This document shows, in pieces, positions 61,859 to 64,000 of a stretch of 64,000 nucleotides of DNA (position 1 is the first letter of the stretch; each line of letters starts with the position of its first letter). The stretch is from a bacterium. Lineage in GTDB: Bacteria > Zhuqueibacterota > Zhuqueibacteria > Residuimicrobiales > Krinioviventaceae. The position numbers and the translations under genes are program-made. The stretch spans positions 1-64,000 of the forward strand of contig CAXXMD010000001.1 of assembly GCA_963675755.2 (NCBI GenBank). The letters run 5' to 3'. Below the pieces are notes generated by a model that saw only the letters and a program-made list of their open reading frames with translations, searched no databases and was not told where the DNA came from.

Positions 61859-63181
61859 ATGAAAATTACAATGCCAACTTTAGAAATTGAAGAATTTGAA
61901 GGTTTTACAAAAGAAAATGATATTTTTAATCGCGAATATTTTGCGGAGCAATTAACTAATTTAATTGTTAACACTGATGATGAACTTGTTGTTGCACTTG
62001 ATTCACCTTGGGGACAAGGCAAGACAACTTTTGTGAAAATGTGGCGTGGTTTGTTGTATAAAAAGGGGATAAAAAGTATTTACTATGATGCTTTTAAAAA
62101 TGATTATACTCATGATCCATTGTTGACACTTTTAAGTGATGTAAATGAGATAATTATAGATGAACTCAAAGATGCAAAAGGGGCAGAGTTTAAAAAGAAC
62201 GCAATTTCTATTTTAAAGACTGTTGGAAAAGTTGGACTTCGTATAGGATTGAGAACTATTACTTCAGGAATTGTAGATGATACTGTATTCAAAAATGCAG
62301 AAATAGGTGACGAATTAACAAATATTTCAGATGATTTTATTGAAAAAAGATTTAATGAACTACATACTGATAAAAATTTTATTGATAAATTTAAAATTTC
62401 GTTAAATGAAATAGTTGAGGAAATTGGTGAAACAGGGAAATTAGCTTTTTTTATTGATGAACTTGATAGATGCAGACCTGACTTTGCAATTGATTTGATT
62501 GAAAAAATAAAACATTTTTTATCAGTTCCCAATATTGTTTTTGTTTTTGTTATTAATCGGACTCAAATGGAAGAAATAATTAAGATCAGATATGGTTCAG
62601 GAATTGATGGATTGAAATATCTGCAAAAATTTGTCCATGTTTGGACAAGTTTACCTCAAAATTATAATGATTATAAAAGTAACGGCAAAATATATTTAGA
62701 ATACTGTTTAAATAGAATGAACTTTGAACAGAGTAATAGCTCTTATGGAGATGTAATAGATATTTATTCTAATTTATTGAATTATTATAATTTATCATTT
62801 AGAGAGATTGAACGTAGTTTGTCAAATTTTGCTATTATGCAAAATGTAACTAATGGTTTTAACAAATATGATTATATTTGGATTGCAATTTATATATCTA
62901 TTATAAAAGTATTATACCCAGATATTTTTATTAAGTTATTTGATAAAACAATTAATTATCCTGATCTTGTTAAAGATACTAATTTAGAGAATTTGGTTGA
63001 TCAACCACATTTGACAAAATTTGAGTCTCATCGTTTAAAGGAGAAATTAAGAGTTGAACTATCAAGTAAAGAAGAATTAGTGGAATTGAATAAAAAATAT
63101 AGTGATCAACATAGTTCCGGACTATATAAACAAGAAATTATTTCGGAAATTTGTAATTGGTTGGGGAGATTTCAAGTTTAG
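61859..63181 (+). CDS. KAP-family P-loop NTPase (no TM segments)
   Basis: Walker A SPWGQGKT, Y.DAF..D, Walker B FIDELDRCRP, EKIKH, YL.KF. Confidence 0.9.
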   Translation: MKITMPTLEIEEFEGFTKENDIFNREYFAEQLTNLIVNTDDELVVALDSPWGQGKTTFVKMWRGLLYKKGIKSIYYDAFKNDYTHDPLLTLLSDVNEIIIDELKDAKGAEFKKNAISILKTVGKVGLRIGLRTITSGIVDDTVFKNAEIGDELTNISDDFIEKRFNELHTDKNFIDKFKISLNEIVEEIGETGKLAFFIDELDRCRPDFAIDLIEKIKHFLSVPNIVFVFVINRTQMEEIIKIRYGSGIDGLKYLQKFVHVWTSLPQNYNDYKSNGKIYLEYCLNRMNFEQSNSSYGDVIDIYSNLLNYYNLSFREIERSLSNFAIMQNVTNGFNKYDYIWIAIYISIIKVLYPDIFIKLFDKTINYPDLVKDTNLENLVDQPHLTKFESHRLKEKLRVELSSKEELVELNKKYSDQHSSGLYKQEIISEICNWLGRFQV

Positions 63182-63230
63182 AGATAAAGTGATTATATTA
63201 GCTCATACTTATATTATCTTCATACATATT

Positions 63231-63288
63231 ACCTCCAGAAGCTGATTTATTAAGAATTTTGAGATGAGATTTGTTTTCTTCTGGAGGT
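63231..63288. repeat. 11-bp inverted repeat with 36-nt spacer between convergent genes
   Basis: ACCTCCAGAAG / CTTCTGGAGGT. Confidence 0.6.
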
Positions 63289-63323
63289 GATTGTAAATTG
63301 TAGAAATGTAACTTAACCAAGGA

Positions 63324-64000
63324 TTATGGGGTAAACAACCAATCCGGAGAATGAGACTCGAACCGGATCATGTCATATCTTTTTCCCTCACCGTACTCGT
63401 ATAAAATTCCAATGTTACCGTTGGCAAGGCGGGTCATGCAGGAATAAGCAGATGGCCCCGCATGAACCAGTTTGGCATTTGACCAGGTTTCGCAATTGTC
63501 AAAGCTGCATTTTATGGTCATGTGTGTGCGTCCTTTGGGTACAGCGGGATTGGAAAATAATATCATGTTTTTCCCATTATACTCTCCAAAATCCAATATC
63601 GATGCCTGACAACGGGACTCTGTCAGTTGATAATCGTGGTTGATTTCACTCCAGGTTTTTCCACCGTCCGTGCTTTTTGAAATTGCCCGACTGTATTCAT
63701 CGTTATAAGAACGCATATTCATGAGTAATGTACCGTCCGATAATTCAACGATCTGGCTCTCATTGCATCCGGGTGTGATGGACTCGCTTTTGTTCCAGGT
63801 TTTGCCATGATCATCACTGTATAGTACGTGTGAACCGTAACCGTAAGGACCATTACGAATCGTACCCTCGGGATCATCATAGCTGTGGTTTGCGGGGATA
63901 ACCAGCCGGTCTTTGAAATTTTCATGTTTCATTTGAATACCAATACCGGGGCCGGTTGCATACCATCCCCATGAAGGATCTTTGAGCGTTTCTGTCATGT
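63324..64000 (-). CDS. GH33 sialidase-family protein (5' part outside window)
   Basis: Asp-boxes SDDHGKTW, STDGGKTW, SFDNCETW; ATGPG.GI, NESQ, SAYS, LYE. Confidence 0.9.
   Translation of the reverse strand, partial: MTETLKDPSWGWYATGPGIGIQMKHENFKDRLVIPANHSYDDPEGTIRNGPYGYGSHVLYSDDHGKTWNKSESITPGCNESQIVELSDGTLLMNMRSYNDEYSRAISKSTDGGKTWSEINHDYQLTESRCQASILDFGEYNGKNMILFSNPAVPKGRTHMTIKCSFDNCETWSNAKLVHAGPSAYSCMTRLANGNIGILYEYGEGKRYDMIRFESHSPDWLFTP

Noticed and set aside
3269-63925. Numerous 60-155 aa shadow ORFs in the ORF track
   Set aside because: Antisense or alternate-frame to well-supported genes, with no motifs or RBS
47180-64000. Polysaccharide utilisation locus
   Set aside because: Glycosidases are dispersed among unrelated genes, with no SusC/SusD or TonB-dependent transporter

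Overview
AT-rich bacterial chromosomal window with about 60 genes and no rRNA, tRNA, CRISPR array or transposase. Two proteins carry T9SS/FlgD-like C-terminal sorting domains, yet the genome uses Shine-Dalgarno sites and TTGACA/TATAAT promoters, which suggests a non-Bacteroidia FCB relative such as KSB1 or Calditrichota (inference). Gene content includes scattered glycan enzymes (GH20, GH28, GH29, GH33, sulfatase, RhaM), signalling genes (three histidine kinases, an OmpR-family regulator, an ECF sigma/anti-sigma pair, an XRE repressor), housekeeping genes (uup, pyrC, purU, trmB, glpQ, rarD), a secreted PQQ-dehydrogenase/diheme-cytochrome fusion and an AT-rich KAP-family NTPase. Genes in 1-2.7 kb and 30-43.4 kb are broken by indels that look like long-read errors. 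The most interesting signals are non-coding: (1) two stand-alone C-rich sRNA candidates (about 19441-19648 + and 26947-27085 -) that share ACCCUUACCC, complementary to GGGGUA(A)-type ribosome-binding sites used in this window; (2) a 12-codon leader peptide with an RBS-sequestering structure upstream of a SAM methyltransferase; (3) back-to-back TGCAAC-N17-GTCT ECF promoters; (4) paired XRE operators over a sigma70 promoter.
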